Of a DNA stretch of 64,000 nt, positions 60,960 through 64,000 are shown in pieces. Position 1 is the first letter of the stretch. Each line of letters begins with the position of its first letter. The DNA is from Thermoanaerobaculaceae bacterium (GTDB lineage: Bacteria; Acidobacteriota; Thermoanaerobaculia; Multivoradales; UBA5704), in the NCBI GenBank assembly GCA_963785165.1, contig CAWAUI010000007.1, positions 1,304,725 to 1,368,724 of the forward strand, read 5' to 3'. Both the position numbers and the translations under genes were made by a program. Below the pieces are notes generated by a model. It was not told the DNA's origin. It saw only the letters and a program-made list of their open reading frames with translations, and ran no database searches.

Positions 60960-62332
60960 CTATTTGATCCAGACGGTCTTGACGTTGACGAATTCGCGGA
61001 TCCCCACCTCGGCCAGCTCGCGGCCGTAGCCCGAGTGCTTGACGCCGCCGAAGGGGAGCCGCGGGTCGCTCTTGACGATCCCGTTCACGAACACGTTGCC
61101 GGCCTCGATCTCGGCGGCCAGGTGCTCGCCCCGCTGCGGGGTCGCCCGTCCAGATGCTGGCTCCGAGACCGAAATCGGACCGGTTCGCCAGCTCCACCGC
61201 ATCGGCGGCGTCGCGCGCCCGGATCACCGCCGCCACCGGCCCGAACGTCTCCTCGTCGAAGGCCGGCATGCCCGGCTCCACCCCCGTCAGCACCGTCGGC
61301 GCGTAGAACCAGCCGTCCCCCGGCAGCCGCTTGCCGCCGGTGCGGAGCGTGGCTCCGGCCTCCACCGTGCGCTGCACCTGGTCGTCCAGGTCGTCCAGCA
61401 GATCCCGGCGCGCCATGGGGCCCACCTCGCGTTGCGGTCCAGGGGATCGCCCACCGCGCAGCCCTTGCATGGCCTCGACGAATTCATCCTCGAAACGCTC
61501 GGCGACGCCGTCTTCCACGATGAACCGCTTGGCCGCGATGCAGCTCTGGCCCGAGTTGATGGTACGTGCCCGCGCCGCCTGCTTGGCGGTCTCCACGGGG
61601 TCGGCGTCGGCCAGCACGATGAACGGGTCGGAGCCGCCGAGCTCCATCACCGTCTTCTTGAGCTGCTGCCCGGCCTCGGCCGCCACCTCCCGGCCGGCCC
61701 GGTCGCTCCCCGTGAGCGTGACGGCGCGGATGGCCGGGTGGCCGATCAGCTCCTTGGCGCCGTTCGGAGGAGATCAAGAGCGTGGTGACCACGCCGTCCG
61801 GGAAGCCCGCCTCCCGGAACACCGCCTCGATGGCCAGCGCGGAGCCCGGCACGTTGGAGGCGTGCTTGAGCAGCCGCCACGTTGCCCGCCATGAGGGCCG
61901 GCGCCGCGAAGCGGAAGACCTGCCAGAACGGGAAGTTCCAGGGCATGACCGCCAGCACCGGCCCGATCGGGTCGTAGCGCACCAGGCTCCGGCAGGCGTC
62001 GGTGGCCACGGGCTCCGTGGCCAGGAAGCCCTCGGCGTGCTCGGCGTAGAAGTCGCACGACCCAGGCGCACTTCTCGACCTCGGCCTCGGCGGCGGCGAT
62101 CGGCTTGCCCATCTCCTCGGTCATCAGCCGGGCGTAGCGCCGCCATCTCCTCGCGCAGCAGGTCCGCCACACTCGTCAGGTGCCGGGCCCGCTCCTCGAA
62201 ATCGAACCGGCGCCACGACGCGAACGCCTCCCCGGCCCGCTCCAGCCGCTGGGCGACCTCGTCCTCGCTGTGCTCGGGATACTCGCGGATCAGCTCACCG
62301 GTGGCGGGATTGACGGCTTTCATCATGGTCAC
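60960..62332 (-). pseudogene. NAD(P)-dependent aldehyde (succinate-semialdehyde-type) dehydrogenase; about 8 frame changes
   Basis: MTMMKAVNPATGELIREY...; [22 protein letters not shown]; KKTVMELGGSDPFIV; INSGQSCIAAKRFIV (catalytic Cys); [31 protein letters not shown]. Pieces lie in ORFs 61484.., 61774.., 61746.., 60730.., 61287.. and 60960... Confidence 0.8.
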
Positions 62333-62410
62333 GGCCTCCCTTCCTCTGCCAGCGGGAAAGTCTGCAACGAGCAGGGCCGCTGCTGAACGAAGGATCTGCG
62401 GAAGGAAATT

Positions 62411-62503
<93 letters not shown>

Positions 62504-62576
62504 CTGAGGGTATCCCCGTAGGGACCCCACATTGTAGGGAACACGGGGCCCGGAGTCAAAGCGGCATAATGAGCTC

Positions 62577-63563
62577 ATGATCTGGCCTCCTCTCCCCGCC
62601 CCTTCGCGCGTCCTCGACATCCCCGGGTTCTCGATCGGCCACGGCACGGACCGCGAGGCCATGACCGGTGCCACCGTCATCCTCTGCCCGGAGGGCGCTC
62701 TCGGGGCGGTCGAGGTGCGGGGATCGGCCACGGGCACCCGGCAGTTCGACGCCCTGGTGTCCGGCCATCACGTGTCGAGCCGCGCCCACGCCTTCGTCCT
62801 CTCCGGCGGCAGCGCCTTCGGCCTCGCCTCCGCCGATCCCGTGGTGAGTTGGCTGGCCGGCCGCGGCTTTGGATTTCAGACCGGCATCGCTCCCATCCCC
62901 ATCGTCCCCACCGCCATCCTCTTCGACTTGAGCCTCGGCCGGCCGGTGGCGCCTGGCCCCGAGATCCTCGAAGCCGCCCTCGCCGCCGCGTCCCAGGGAT
63001 CCGTCGGCGTGGGGAGCCTGGGTGCGGGCACCGGCGCCACCGTCGGCAAGTCCCTCGGACCCTTGAATGGGATGAAAGGCGGCTTCGGCTTCGCGAGCCT
63101 CACCGTGCCAGGCGGCCCCACCGTGGCCGCCGCCGTGGCGGTCAACGCCTTCGGCGACGTCCGGAGGCTCGACGGCACACCCCTCGCCGGCTGCCGCACC
63201 GCTCCGGACTCGCTGGAGCTCGCCTCCGCCGAGAGAGTCCTCGGCAACCTTCCCCCGGACACCCCCAACCCCTGGGAAGGCAACACCACCCTCGCCGTGG
63301 TCCTCACCGACGCCGCCCTCTCCAAGGCCGCTCTCCTCAAGGTCTGCCAAATGGCCTTCGGCGGCCTCTACCGCACCCTCGCCCCAGCCCTCTCCCTCTT
63401 CGACGGCGACCTCGTGGCCGTCCTCACCTCCGGGGCCCGCAAGGCTCACGTCAATCAGATCGGCGTCCTGGCCGAGCGGGCCGTGGCGGAGGCGATCCTG
63501 ACCGGAGTCGGGGAAGCGGACGGGTTCGGCCTGGTGCCGGCGGCGAGGGATCTGGGCCTCTGA
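62577..63563 (+). CDS. Peptidase family S58/P1 (DmpA-like aminopeptidase)
   Basis: Intact 328 aa. GFSIGHGTD, MTGATVIL, LSGGSAFGL, and EGNTTLAVVLTDAALSKA (autoprocessing-site region). Confidence 0.75.
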   Translation: MIWPPLPAPSRVLDIPGFSIGHGTDREAMTGATVILCPEGALGAVEVRGSATGTRQFDALVSGHHVSSRAHAFVLSGGSAFGLASADPVVSWLAGRGFGFQTGIAPIPIVPTAILFDLSLGRPVAPGPEILEAALAAASQGSVGVGSLGAGTGATVGKSLGPLNGMKGGFGFASLTVPGGPTVAAAVAVNAFGDVRRLDGTPLAGCRTAPDSLELASAERVLGNLPPDTPNPWEGNTTLAVVLTDAALSKAALLKVCQMAFGGLYRTLAPALSLFDGDLVAVLTSGARKAHVNQIGVLAERAVAEAILTGVGEADGFGLVPAARDLGL

Positions 63564-63610
63564 GCCCACTCCCCTCGGCGAGGCATCTCCTGACGCGAAA
63601 AGTGCCCTTC

Positions 63611-63643
63611 GATTATCATTTGGTTATCATTCGGCTATCATAC
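63611..63643 (+). promoter_or_regulatory. Three phased 11-bp direct repeats (GATTATCATTT / GGTTATCATTC / GGCTATCATAC), 8 nt upstream of the xth ATG
   Basis: Read directly. Each unit contains a TATCAT (-10-like) hexamer. Function untested. Confidence 0.35.
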
Positions 63644-63651
63644 GGCCCGCC

Positions 63652-64000
63652 ATGGCTCTAACCGTCGCTACCTGGAACGTCAACGGCATCCGCGCCCGCC
63701 AGGCGCAATTCCTCGAATGGCTGGAGCGCGACCGCCCGGACGTGGTCTGCCTCCAGGAGATCAAGGCGTCCCCCTCGCAGCTCGAGGAGAATCTCTGCAA
63801 TCTGGGCGATTACTGGTGCTTCTGGCACGGCTCGGGCGGTTACTCGGGCGTCAGCCTGCACCTGCGGAAAGAGGTTTTCCCCGAGGAGCCGAAGTTCGAG
63901 CACCCCTCGTTCGATCTCGAAACGCGCATCGTCACCGCCGGGGTGGGAGACCTGACCTTCGCCTCCATCTACGTCCCCAACGGCGGCAAGGACTTCCCGG
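63652..64000 (+). CDS. xth: Exodeoxyribonuclease III (5' part; runs off the right edge)
   Basis: ATG at 63652. MALTVATWNVNGIRARQAQFLEWLERDRPDVVCLQEIK...GYSGVSL. Confidence 0.85.
   Translation, partial: MALTVATWNVNGIRARQAQFLEWLERDRPDVVCLQEIKASPSQLEENLCNLGDYWCFWHGSGGYSGVSLHLRKEVFPEEPKFEHPSFDLETRIVTAGVGDLTFASIYVPNGGKDFP

Overview
64-kb high-GC bacterial chromosomal segment (about two-thirds G+C by eye, with a few AT-richer patches). Gene content is Gram-negative-type: MltA, FtsEX, a lipobox lipoprotein, an IPTL-CTERM sorting tag. The taxon cannot be fixed from the sequence alone. I can support about 45 protein genes, 3 tRNAs (Gln-CUG, Glu-CUC, Ser-GCU), a few terminators and several non-coding repeat families. 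I saw no rRNA, CRISPR array, integrase or transposase. Housekeeping genes: gltX, speA, recQ, ileS, phosphohexomutase, gatB, ftsE/ftsX, apaG, xth, TerC, OPT transporter, aldehyde dehydrogenase. Accessory genes: a secreted S8 peptidase, a sortilin/BNR protein, an animal-type haem peroxidase and a 2OG-oxygenase/pyruvyl-transferase pair. Also three tandem PAP2 (IPC-synthase-like) paralogs, a 2044-aa secreted Cys-rich/LamG giant and an FHA-GAF-cyclase. Also a discoidin-lipase-Ig surface protein with IPTL-CTERM, and a 1120-aa membrane KAP NTPase fused to a Ycf48-like propeller. Major caveat: many conserved genes are broken by apparent single-base frameshifts that occur in patches, while other long stretches (including a 6.1-kb ORF) are intact. 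I read these as consensus indels, not true pseudogenes, and give full-length spans. Most interesting signals: (1) a 364-bp array of 18 phased ~20-bp repeats at 44.6-45.0 kb, next to a duplicated 79-bp gene 3' end that brackets a 6.1-kb block carrying the KAP NTPase. (2) Strictly 21-bp-phased GGGGAGC arrays with dyad architecture at 2.5 kb and 47.6 kb, each accompanied by the same snap-back repeat. (3) The giant secreted protein, whose first ~1,550 residues I cannot assign. (4) The PAP2 triplication. No complete, recognisable multi-gene novel system can be proven from sequence alone; these are leads.
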